In this document: piece after piece, positions 36,991 to 49,191 of the stretch
Position numbering within the stretch: the stretch's first letter is position 1
How the letters are laid out: each line of letters opens with the position of its first letter
Source: Podarcis filfolensis
Taxonomy: Eukaryota
Length of the DNA stretch: 64,000 nucleotides
Direction: 5' to 3' (one strand)
NCBI GenBank assembly: GCA_964270895.1
Contig: OZ185441.1
The notes under the pieces: model-generated
What the model was told of the DNA's origin: nothing
What the model saw: the letters and a program-made list of their open reading frames with translations, nothing else
Databases searched by the model: none
Made by a program: the position numbers and the translations under genes

Positions 36991-39900
36991 ACTTTTCCGC
37001 TATTTATGTAAACACATGAGAATAGGACTTCCCCCAAAGGTTAGAATTAAGTTTCATTGATTGTTTTCACAAGATTTACAATCACCACCTTGATGGCTGC
37101 ACAATTAAGATGAGTCCCTCATCTTATTTTGCTAAATCGTACTTCCAGTTAGTCCATGTCTCCATGCACTAATAACACTTTAAGGAAGCTAATGTACAAG
37201 CTCCGCTTTCTCAATAGATACATAGTACAATCCTTTGCATGTTTATGCAAAATAATACCTCTTGTATTTAGTAGGGTTTACTCATAGGTAAGTGGCTTCC
37301 AACTTCTGGGAGAAAAGGAAGTGAAGACTGAGGTTTTGTTTTTTAAAAGTACATCTTAGCAGTACCAATATAACAAAGTATGTTAAATTTTCGGTGTGCC
37401 CTAGTGGCCTCCCTTGTGCTATTTTTAGTGTTTGTGACTCAGTTGTGTACTGCATGATCATCCCATTTGGCAATTAACACAAAAGCAGTCTTTTGTTTTA
37501 CTATATATAAAAAAAGAAAAGACAGTTTGCTATTTTTAAGTAGGTCATGTTATTTATAGCCCCAGATGTCCATAGCATTTAACATTTCAGATAGAGAGAT
37601 TCTCTGCTCAGAAGAGCTTACAGTCTAAACGCAGGTGGGAAAAGGCAAGAGATACAGGAAGAGAAACATTTCTGCATGCAATTATCCTTCAAGTCGCAGC
37701 TGATTAAGCATTCGCTCCCCTCCCCACAAGCACACCTTCACATTAATGGCACCTGCATGAAAGCAGTGTTAATCAAGGTTGTTTACATAATGAAAAGCAG
37801 TGGTTTTTGAACAATCAATGTAGTTCAGATTAAACAAAGAATTGTGACCAAATGCCAAGGAAGACAGGACTACTATACCGTTTCAACAATTGCAGCTTTC
37901 TCCTCGTCTGTGCTTGACCTGCTTCAGCTCCCTGTGCTACATAACTCTTAGAAGTACAGAAGCTTTGCCTTTATTTGCACATAGGAACAAAAAGTGCAGC
38001 AGGAGACAGTGTACTGTCTAACACTCAGTTCTCCAGACAAATATCAGTATTTGTTAGTGAAACTGGCCAATAGAACTTTAGGCATCAGTTAAGGTTACTG
38101 CTATCTGTTGAAAACCTACTGTCTTTCCTTTAAATAACCATGAGACAGGAAGAGATTTAGTAGTTAGAGACACTCCTTACCCTGGAATGACACATGGCAT
38201 GCATGGAAATTTTCTCATTGAATGTAACAGTTGTGAGACAGAGCCTGGAAACGAGTTTTAAAATGCTCTCTTCAGAGTCCTATTCAGAAAGGTGCTGTCA
38301 CTGGAAGAATAACTTCTTCCTAAAGTGAAGCAAATCCTGACCATGCAGAGTGAAAGAAAAGGCTGAATGGGCAAAGTCCTAAATTGTTGCCCCACCATCC
38401 CTTTGTGTACTGTCCCACTCAGCCAATACTTGGATGGGAAGCGATGCAGATTCTCTCAGCTCATGTATTTTTGATTTTATAAAGCTTCAAGGGAGGGTTA
38501 TTTGGAATATTCAGGGGCAGAAGATGGTACAACAAAAGAAGAACCCCCTACAAGTGAGGTTTTGGTAAGTTTCAGGAAGGTAGATAAGCTACTAGATATA
38601 AGAAGGTTTGATTTCCAGTCACCTAGAACAGAGAATGCTGGAGCCTTCAAGGACAAAGGAAAAGCATGGAGTGCTTTTACTGAAGATGTGAAGGGGCAAG
38701 AAGCAAGGGTAGTGGCAGCCATGATCGAAAGAGCACATGCTCTATTTTCACATGCTAAGGAGTGAAAATGCAACGTATTTTTATTTTCCATGATTTTATT
38801 ATTAAATTCTATCCTGCTCTTCCTCACAAAGAAGCCCATATTCCTGTGCCATGTTAAATATCTAATAAATATGTGCTAGCCAGGAAAATGTAAGACTGTG
38901 GTCATTATTTGGTAAGCAAACAATATAAAAGCAATAGTACCAAGCTTGCCTGCCCGGAGGTTTGTGAGCTCTAAGATCCACTAGGGAACTAAGAGAACAG
39001 CCTTAAGAGACAACATCGCACCAAGCAAGACACCAAGTGACAGTCTGTGGAGCTGCAGTCATATGAGAGTTCCATGAGCCAAGATCCGTGAAAGGAACAA
39101 GAAAGAGCAAAGGTAAGAAAGAGTGTGGCTAATCGCCTTTAGGAGACAGGAGTAGGACTATTAAAGGAAACTCAACCATGATTGTATATAAGACAGAAGG
39201 AAGAAGTGCACACGAATAAGCACGGACAAGTTTACCTTAACACAAAATAAAGGAAGTGGGGTGAAGGATTCCATATGAAAGCTGGTGACTTTGGTTAACT
39301 GGTCCACTTCTTGAAATGAACACACAAACGGGCTAGAATGCTGAACTTCTCTGCCCCAGCCACACCACCTCTTCCATGACGGGCCTGATACCCTTCACAG
39401 AAGGCAGGCTCTTTGTAATCCAACTATTCTTTGTACAAAGTATATTGAAATGGGGGTGGGGGGATGCTTTGATCATATTAAAGAAGCTCTTTTTCTGCCA
39501 CGGCTTAAAAATTGTTAATGCCATGGGTTATTCAGGCCAGTGGGGCGGGGGAGGGCAGGCAGGGAGCAAAAAAGGCTCCAGTAACAATTCATCACCATTC
39601 CACTTAGATGCGCATGCAGCTTAGCTACATACTAAGTTTTCTTGGCATGTTATGCTTCCACATAAGAATTCTAGTATGCTGAATTTTGGCATCTTTCTTA
39701 TTTTTGTCACAAATTCCACACCATGCCCAGTCCCCAAGATTAAACAAGTAAGATTTCAGCCTTCAGGGGTTTTTTTCAGCTTTTCGCAAAATATTCAGAA
39801 GAGATATACTGCAAGCAAAGTTTGAAGAGAGACAGGAATTGTTTTCATCATACTGGATTGTAGACAGACATCTTGTGTTCATGCCCGAGATATTTGTCAT

Positions 39901-41043
39901 TCTCTGTGAATCAGGAGCTTTCCAACTTTTCATCTTGCACAGTTTTAAACTACAGTTTTGAACTCTACAATGCTTGGAAGTGCATTAATTTATATATGTT
40001 TGTAGCTTTCTGTTCCACGGAGATTGGCTTTCATCAGTGAATGAACTGTTAACAAAACTTTGAATCACACAAAATGTAACACCATGAACTACTTTTGAAG
40101 TTACATGGACCTGCATGCTTCCAAAATAATTCCATTGAAAAGCCTGCTATTCGCTCTTCTTTTTCTCTAATCTTCTGTGTGGAACATCTAGGGCTACTGC
40201 CATCATAACCTAGTTTTAAGCAAGTGCTCTGTCCTTACCGGCTTCAATAGAACTACTTCTAGATGTTGTACAGAAGAAAATTCCATTGAAATCAGAGGTC
40301 AGAAATGGAGTTTGAACTTGCTCAATGATGAAAGCTGTTGGCTTGGTGGGAGAGGTGGTTGTGCTTCACAACATCACATTCCCCCACCACTATGAAACAG
40401 CCTCCTCCCTGGAACTGCTAAACAGAGTGCCAGAAGATGGGTGTGAAATGTGGGGTGGGCCATAAATATTCTTTATGGTCTTGTATCCATTGCTAAAAGT
40501 AAGAAATGAATTACACAACTAAGTACTCCAAACATATGCCCATTACATATAGAAAATAAGTTTCCTAGTACTTCCCACTGAGGTATCAATGGTATTCACA
40601 TAATAAGTGACCAGAGGGTATATTCACATATATGGAAATAAATTAGCTACTGAAAAATAAAAACAAAAATTGACAAGAGAGTATTCAAGCCATTTTTACC
40701 ACAACAAAATGGCTGCTCTCAGTGGTTTCAGTATAAATACTAGGAGGTAACGTGCTAGAACACCTTGTTCAGAATCTGCATTTGAACAGTGCAAGGAAGA
40801 ATTACTATCCACAAAGACAAAGTCTCAGGAGGAGATCTCCAGCCTCCAACAAAGGGCACAATCCACCATGGAACTTTGTTGTACACCAACCTTCATTTCA
40901 GGGAAGGTTGTTCAGATCTTCTTTCAGGCTCCACTAAGTAAAAAGAAGGTTGTGTTGCAGAACTACATAGACGATCACATCAGGTGTCAGTCAACCTCCT
41001 GTGGCATCACATTTTACCTCCCCACTATACTTATCTAGCCTGT

Positions 41044-41070
41044 AGAGAGAGAGAGAGAGAGAGAGAGAGA
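41044..41070. repeat. (GA)n microsatellite
   Basis: agagagagag... run. Confidence 0.9.
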
Positions 41071-41530
41071 TCCCCAGTGCTTTCTGTACCTATTTGTCGT
41101 TTACAGAATAAGAACGGCAGCTGCACTTTTAAAGAAATAAATAAATAAATTTCAAGTACAAGAAAATGGTTATATAAGATGGGAAGTCTATTCTCTCAGC
41201 TCTGATCAAGGCACAGTTTGGTACTTATGTAGATGTCGATCTTCAATCTGCTCTGCAAGTTCCACATCCATTTAACTTCAGTAGGACTTAAGGTCACTAT
41301 ACTCTATTGAATTTGGGCACTTGTAACTAGAGGCCATGGGAAAGCCAAAAAACTTACACTGTGGACAAATAGAGGACCCTAGAAAGGCTTAAAAATGGGG
41401 GGCGGGGGTTTGATTCTGACCTGTAAAATTTCATTATATAAACATATATATTTCTAAATAAAAAACAATGGAATATCCATCCTGGCAAGGAGAAAATATA
41501 ATGGAAAAATAAAGTTCTGTCACAGTTCCA

Positions 41531-41623
41531 TCAGTCCTCTGCTGAAGCTGCTGCCATTGCGGACTTCATGCTCTCTCGCGTCGAAGTTAGTTCGCCAATC
41601 ACCCATTCCAAGGCTTCTCGACC
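41531..41623 (-). CDS. PRELID3A: PRELID3A coding exon 6 (last), GREALEWVIGELTSTRESMKSAMAAASAED*
   Basis: ccttctttaacag acceptor, phase 0, TGA at 41533-41531. Gxx(A)xEW(V/I)I motif of the PRELI C-terminal helix. Confidence 0.85.
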   Translation of the reverse strand, partial: GREALEWVIGELTSTRESMKSAMAAASAED

Positions 41624-42744
41624 CTGTTAAAGAAGGAACAAGAGCTAAGTGCATTGACCAGATACACTGATGTTAAACTTCTAAATCTTTCCTCTGTCAG
41701 ACACCAAAAGATCTCCCAAAGCAAACTGCTTTGTTGTCTTCTGAATTATGAATGTATCATAATGAATTGTGCCATTGAATTTGTACAATGAGATTATTTC
41801 ATTGTAGTCCACCTTTGCTTCTGTAACAAGGAAAACCTTAAACTGAAGGATGATCTGCTTAGATAATACATTTTTCTTAGTAATAATAGGCCAACAAAGT
41901 TACAGGACTACAAGCTAGCTCTTTTGCACAGTACAAATGTTAGATCTGTCTAGCAAGGCACAATTACAAGAGACTGTTGCACTTGGATCAGTGCTAGAGA
42001 GAGTTTTGACTACCCACTTTTTCCAAAGTCCAAAGCATCATTTGCTTCTTATCCCCAGAATGCCTCTGAACAACCTGAAATTTTTTCTATCACATTTCTG
42101 TGGCTTCATTACCATGGTAAGATTGCAACAGAACAGACATGAGGCCTAATACTAGCCCTTCTCCCATCAATAATATTTTCCCCCTTCAATTTCTTCCGCT
42201 TCATCCTAGCAGTGGAAAAGTTGTTACAAGTCCTAATGAACGTTATTAACGAACCTATAGTTTATGGTTTCTTTCCCATCCTGTTTACTCTCTATCATGA
42301 AACACTAAATTACCATCACTGATGCTCAGTACAGAGCAACGTGGAAGCAAGAGCACCGCTTTTGCAAGAATTCAGTTTAACTGAGCCTAAAGACCAGCTA
42401 CACCCCAGCTACAGAAGGCAAACCTAAATAAGAGCTCGAAACACATGCTGGGCAGTATTCAACTCAACAGTTGCACCAGTGCAAGCACTCTTGGCTGCAC
42501 AATGGAACTGCTTCAACCTGCGCACCCTCTAAATATTTTTTGAGTTTGCCCTCAACCCTTCAGGGCAGATTTAGAGGGTATGCAGGTAGGGTAAGTTCTC
42601 GTGCATAGTTAAAAGTGCTTGCGCTAGTGGAACTGAGGAGAAAACCTCAGTAAGCTCAAGTAGGGAAACTCAGCAAAAAAGTGAGAGCCTCCATAAGTTT
42701 TCAGGCTAGGAGCCTAATCACCTGGCCAGATGCAAAAGGCCACT

Positions 42745-42966
42745 TAATGGTCAGGGGTCCCCTTCACCTTCAGGTCCAGTCGTGGCTGACTCTAGGGTTG
42801 CAGCGCTCATCTCGCTTTACTGGCCGAGGGAGCCGGCGTACAGCTGGTCATGTGGCCGGCATGACTGAGCTACTTCTGGCGAACCAGAGCAGCGCACGGA
42901 AACGCCGTTTACCTTCCCGCCGGAGCGGTACCTATTTATTTACTTTCACTTTGACATGTTTTCACA
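42745..42966 (-). mobile_element. Sauria SINE fragment (tRNA head missing)
   Basis: aggtccagtcgtggctgactctagggttgcagcgctcatctcgc...cttcccgccggagcggtacctatttat matches the recalled lacertid Sauria SINE body; CpG-rich. Confidence 0.8.
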
Positions 42967-43616
42967 CATATTTGTATAGAATACTAAATAGCTTAAAGCT
43001 TAACATTTCGAGCCAAATTACTGTTAGTTTTAAGCCTGTACTACAACATGACTACCAACTTAATTTTTTTATAGATGCTTGTTTTAATTGAAACAGAACA
43101 CTACTGGATTAAATGACAGTTACATAATCTTTCTGGATACAAATGTGCTCAGTTGAAATCTGTAAACCTAACAGCTCAGGTCAACACTCCTGGAAGAGAG
43201 AGAGAGATGGCTATATTATTTGCATTTGTTGTTTCTAAATTGTGAAAAAGCAACTAGCTTGCTCTGTCAGTGTGCAGATTTCCCTCTGCACAACAGAACT
43301 AACCCCCTCTCCTTTCCCTGGCACCCCCCTAAATCTGTTCTGCTGTACCCCCAACCCTATAAAGCAGATTTGGGGAGGGCATGGGGCACGCACAGTGAAA
43401 GAAGAGAGGTGTTAAGTTTCCTTCTGCAAGTGAAAATCCTTGCGCTGATGGAACAAGTTAACTGGAAGCCACCCTTAGTTTTGAAATAGAAAGTGTAATG
43501 AACTAATAGATTGAAGAAACAGCCATTGAACTTATCTACACTGTAACCTTATACTGGGCTTCTAAGAATATCACAATATCACATTTTTCTCCAAACAATT
43601 CTAGTAATTCTAGATT

Positions 43617-43738
43617 CAGGTAGGTAGCCGTGTTGGTCTGATGCAGTAGAAATATATATTAAAAATAAAAAAATTGTCCAGTAGCACACAAAAGCTCATA
43701 CCAAGAACAAACTTAGTTGGTCTCTAAGGTGCTACTGG

Positions 43739-43743
<5 letters not shown>
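43617..43743. mobile_element. Fold-back Penelope terminal-repeat fragment, same family as 36862-36990
   Basis: Starts caggtaggtagccgtgttggtctg, like the 36.9-kb copy, then switches to the reverse-complement orientation. 15-bp perfect inverted repeat at 43673-87 / 43729-43. Confidence 0.8.

Positions 43744-43795
<52 letters not shown>
43741..43795. repeat. (TA)n microsatellite
   Basis: About 27 TA units directly after the Penelope fragment. Confidence 0.95.
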
Positions 43796-43797
<2 letters not shown>

Positions 43798-45786
43798 CTA
43801 GTAATTGTTACTGGATGATGGTATTGCAGTGCCCAGAATTTCCTGTAGAAAAGACTGTAGTGTGCATATGACCCAAAGCACTTGGCCAGAATTATCTGAA
43901 TTTCTTCAATTATTTGTTGCTTTTGAAAACACCATTCAGTTTGAAGTGATTTCCATTCCTGGCCTCGGGTCAGAACTAACCACCTTTAACCCAATCCTTC
44001 AACTGAATGAAGTTCTGAGCATTAGAAACTGCACAAGTTGGATTTAAAAATCAAAGCGTTAGATAAGAATAAAAAAGGGCCCCACTAATAACAGACATAT
44101 GACATGTCAAATGAAGAAATTCACAGGATTGCTATGGGAGATAGAACAGCAATTATTGCATTGTTATAGCACCAAGTGCTTTTGATCAACAAATCTCCAT
44201 GCTATAACACTAAATACAAGTGTTGGGGCTTAAAGCATAGCACATGTACATCTTAACACATTCTAAGAAATGAAATGACAGCTTGGTTTGAGTAGATTCT
44301 AAGCACATTGGTGGGGTGAACTAGGCTGCAGCTTTTTTAAAGTAGAGAGTGGAACTGTGGATTTTTTAGGACCAAACTAGACATTTGCCTAATATGTAGT
44401 ATGCATCTTAAATAATTACATTCACAGGGAGACAGATTCTTACTGGGAAGGCAACCAGCAGGGAGAGGAGGCTTATCTTTTCACCCACTCACCATGATCT
44501 GAATGGAAAAAGTCCCCATCAGACTTCCCCATGCCAGTAATTATTTCAGGAACAACAATATATACAGCTGCATGTGACACAATTGAGCAGATGTCAAGTT
44601 TGATCCAGTCTGGCCAGTGTTCCATGGAAGGACTAGTCATTCGTTTATATAGTAACTGAGCACATTGCACGATTTTGTTGAGTTTGAAATGACCTTAGTG
44701 AGAGTGGTCTATTGGGCTGATGACTTACTTATTTGCTTCCCATAGACATCTGGCAAGCCTTTAAAAACAAAATGCTGGACCAAAAAGATCGGGGTTCTTT
44801 TTAACATGCATGGAACTAGCAAAAACAATCTGACAGAGGATTGGTTTACTGAGTTTCTGTTGTACCATAAAACAGCATATTAGTATATGACTTGAGCAAG
44901 CATATTTCCAATTAAAGCATGCACCTTTTAATATATTTACGTACATGGTGGTAGCACACTGAACATACAGAATGAGAGTTAAGAACTGGACATAATTTCA
45001 GTGGTTACTACTTAACAAACAATTGAGAGCATAAAATTTTAAACTCTGAAACATTTCACAGGCTTAATGGTAAAACTGAAAACATACAGTGAGAGTTTAC
45101 TATTATTATTTTTTTGTAATATATACACACACTCCAAAATTGGGAGTAGTTAAGTATTACACAACACTAAGGCATGTTTGGTAACTGTATTCTGCAAATG
45201 AAAATTGAGGCTTTTAAGGGCAGGATCAACAGTCAAATAATCTGTTTCCAAGCTTGGCAGTCAAGCTCAAGGAACGAAAAAAGGTGGTCACTGAAGTTCC
45301 CCGCAAGTCAAACAGATGCTAGCAATGCCTCTTAAAACAATGCATTTAGACAAAAACATCTGTTTTGTTATAGCAAAACTATTTATATATTAGTGTATGT
45401 TTAGATAAAAGCCTGGATTTTAGATGTGAAAAAATGAATCATGGTTTGTTGTTCATATATTTCCCCGTGTTCCCCACTTACATGTGGAGGAAGAGAAGCT
45501 ATTTCAACTTCTAGTCTGCAACAAATTGTTGTTTGCCATAACAGGATGAGAAAACAAACTGATATGTTCAATTCATCTTCCCCCACATCCAGGATCCAAT
45601 CCCGGTTTTGCAAACAAGCAAACCACAGTTGGCCATCTTGGGGCAAAGCTGCAAGTGAACACTTCTAATCTCCCCTCACAAAATGCAGGGAGAAGAAAGT
45701 GAGGCTTGTGCTCATAACAAAAATATGCAGCCAAACGCAGCCAAAAGGTTTTGCATGATTCCTGCCTAATTAAAATAAAGTAAGAC

Positions 45787-45845
45787 AGGAGTGCCTGGCG
45801 TACTCTGGTCCATGGGGTCACGAAGAGTCGGGCACGACTAAACAA
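45787..45845 (+). mobile_element. Bov-B/RTE-type 3' tail fragment
   Basis: ggagtgcctggcgtactctggtccatggggtcacgaagagtcgggcacgactaaacaa matches the recalled Bov-B tail. Confidence 0.7.
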
Positions 45846-48079
45846 TGGGAGGCCCAGACACTAGAAATAATGCAAAGAAGAGAAAAAGTAGAACCCAATT
45901 CTCACAAGTGCCAACTGCTTAAGTTTATGATAGTACAATGTGTTTCAGAACAGAAGTTCCTTCTTCAGGATCAATCTTGGACTTTCTGAAGCAACTTACA
46001 TAAATGCTCTGCTGCCTATCGGGCACCATGAGGGAGGAATGACAGTTCCAAAATGTGCTGAGCGACAATAAAGCTTAATAGCTGGCACTTTTGAAAACCA
46101 GTTTCTTCTTTTTGCGTTCTTTTTGCATGGATTTTAAGCTGCCTCAAAGGAAAAACCAACAAGGACCAAGTAAACAGGTGCAAATGTTCTAATTGTGACT
46201 TCATAAACTGCTTTCTTTTAAACGAGAACCCTTCTGTCCAAGCAGTGATGGGACTGTATTTCTACACTGATAGGCAAGAATTGCCATACTGTAGGCTAAG
46301 TCCAGCAGTAGCGTGAACTAGTTAACAACCTCAAGTATTTCACCCCAAAGCATTCCATGCATTGGATCAAGAGGACTGGTTGTACAGAGCTTCACCTACT
46401 TCCAAAATACTCTGGGGCCAAGGTGCAGCAGTTCTTCTAACAGTATTCCACTTACTCAAAAGAGATTTACCAAAGAACAGAAGGTGGGCCTTATTAGTGG
46501 CCCACACATGCAGGTTCATAAGAACCTTCTCCTGTGTCAAAGCATTAGACAGTACAGACGCCCCCCCCCCAAATTCCAGAGTTAAAGAATAAGGGTGCTG
46601 TTCCTCTATATGCAATGTGTGTATATATACGAGGCATGCAGGCTTTCAAGTAACATGACAACAACATGCACAGATTTGCTAGAAGCTGAAATGCTGTACC
46701 AAGGTAACAAATGCTGGTATTACCACTAATTAGTACAAAATGCAGCTGTAGAAAGAGACTGCTATCTTAGAACACTGTCAGAATGTTGAATTGTCCACTC
46801 AATAGCATCCCACCCCTGGAGTAACACAGAAAAGATGTACAACTTATGACAAAAAGTTATTCCACCATCACAGTCTTGTAAATCTCAAGAGCCTACAGGA
46901 AAATCAAGCATTGTAAACTGAGAGTGATATCCAACTAAGTCCAAGTGAACCTACTGAAAGTGAATGGATGTAACAGTTATGACTAAGCCTACCTTGAGTT
47001 TGACTTAGTTGAGCACCACGCTTATCAAATATTGGTAACAAGCAATTATATCATGTAAAGGTTTAACTGAGTGCCAAAGCTGAACACACACAAATAGGCA
47101 TCCCAGTAGAATAAGTTAGGTAAAAGCAAGCTGAGCATGCATGCTTCTGACAGATGCATCTCATCCTAGACTTGGGATCACTTGACGTGCTACCAGATCC
47201 TACAACTTCTGCCTAGAAATCTGGTAGTACGCAAGTGTGAAGTGGCCCTAAGTTGAAAAGGTAAAGCGAGAGGGATCACCTGTAAGGAAACTTAGTTAAA
47301 ACAGGCTGCATTATATAGCATTAAAAGAGAATGAAGAAGAAACAGTAAAGCACCTGAATGAGACCTGTAATGTATTGGTAATCTATTGTTGTACAAGTGC
47401 AGAAGTCATGGAGGACTGAGAACAGAAATATTTGTTTAGGATTACAATACTTGAAATGCACATTTCCCCCTTAATAATACTCTTTATAAGGCTGAGTTAT
47501 TCATTTGCTGTTTTATAGTCAAATCCCAATGTACCCACGGAAGTCCCACGGAACCTAATAAAGGGTTTATTGTGTAGCATGCTGAATTGTTGCAGGCTGA
47601 GAACAGGGATGGGCCTGTCACGTTCTCTCGTAGCCCATTTCTGAGGGCCCTGTGTCAGCAGCGGGCATGGCCATGCCATGCTCTCTCTCACACCACACAC
47701 AACACTCCCCCCGCCTGCCACGATTAGGTCGGAGTCACTAGGAACCTTTTTACAAACCTAACCGCAGCACGGGGAGGGTGCTTTGGAGTATGGTGATGAA
47801 ACAACATATGTGGAGGCAGGGTTGACCATCCCCATCCCAGCTGCATCTAGGCAAGGGGGGAAATAATCTTTACTCCAACAGAACAGTTGTTTTCTAGCTG
47901 CAGGAAAGGCAAGGAGGGAGGTGAGGGCCAGATAAAGAGGTCAGGAGTTCAGCTTCCTGTATCTTTTAATGCATGGAGTGCTTGCATATGAAATATACTC
48001 TGGAGGGTTGAGGGAATTCCCAGAACAGGTTAATGCTGTGAACTGCCCTGAGATCTATGCATGAAGAACAGTATACAAA

Positions 48080-48083
<4 letters not shown>

Positions 48084-48118
<35 letters not shown>
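48084..48118. repeat. (GATT)n microsatellite
   Basis: gattgattgatt... run. Confidence 0.92.
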
Positions 48119-48873
48119 TGAGGGCCCACAGGGAAAGGAATGGAAAGTTCCACTGCACAGCCAGAAGTCTGTGTACTAGCAGAACTTCTTCACCCATAGC
48201 ATTTAGGGGAACAGTTCCTTTTCATTTATCCCCTATTCTGCTACTAACAGCCTATATATGCATTTGGTTTATTGTCCATCGGAAGTGGAATAAGTTCCCT
48301 TTCCAACACTACAAACAGGACAACTAGAACATGTGCTCACAGCCACCATTTCGTACACAGTAGAAAACAAGAGACATCTGTACATAATAAGTGTCTGGGT
48401 TATGAGGGAAAGTTCAGATATGACATCTGCTTAGTTCTCTCCTCTGCTTTCAGCACTGAAAAGGGTAAGGAAACGATTTGCCTGCTTTCCATATGAACCT
48501 ATTTGTCTCAAGCAACCCACTGCGGAAGCCAATAGCTAAACTGAGAAGGTATTCTGTGAACTGCAAGCTGAAAGACAGACTAATCTGATCACACAACCAG
48601 ACACTATCTCCCCTACCCCCATTCTAGCTGTAAGCTGCTGTTGTCTCAGTGAGAGACAACAATCACTTTTCCTGACTTCATACCATACACAGCTTTGAAT
48701 CTTAAAAAGGAAATACATGCGGACTGAGAATACACAACTGGCTCTACAGATACAAGAAAAGTCATTATCTAACCTGAAGACTTACAGTGAATTGTGTATA
48801 ATTGAGAGCACCCTGGGCTTATGGGATACCAATGCTAGCATAATGCACTTAAACATTTGAGTTTTAGGTTTTA

Positions 48874-49116
<243 letters not shown>

Positions 49117-49120
49117 TTAC

Positions 49121-49191
49121 TTTTCCGGGTTCTCAGGGTGTGGCGTATATACCAACCTTTCATCAACTGATATAAGATTTGTAAGTGTTAT
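49121..49191 (-). CDS. PRELID3A: PRELID3A exon 4, [23 protein letters not shown](K)
   Basis: ctttttctctttaag acceptor, GTAAGT donor, 71 nt, phase 0/2. Confidence 0.96.

Noticed and set aside
38980-39113. Exon-like block ending in a strong AAG|GTAAGA donor
   Set aside because: All three frames contain stops; not called coding (mentioned only as support for possible + strand transcription).
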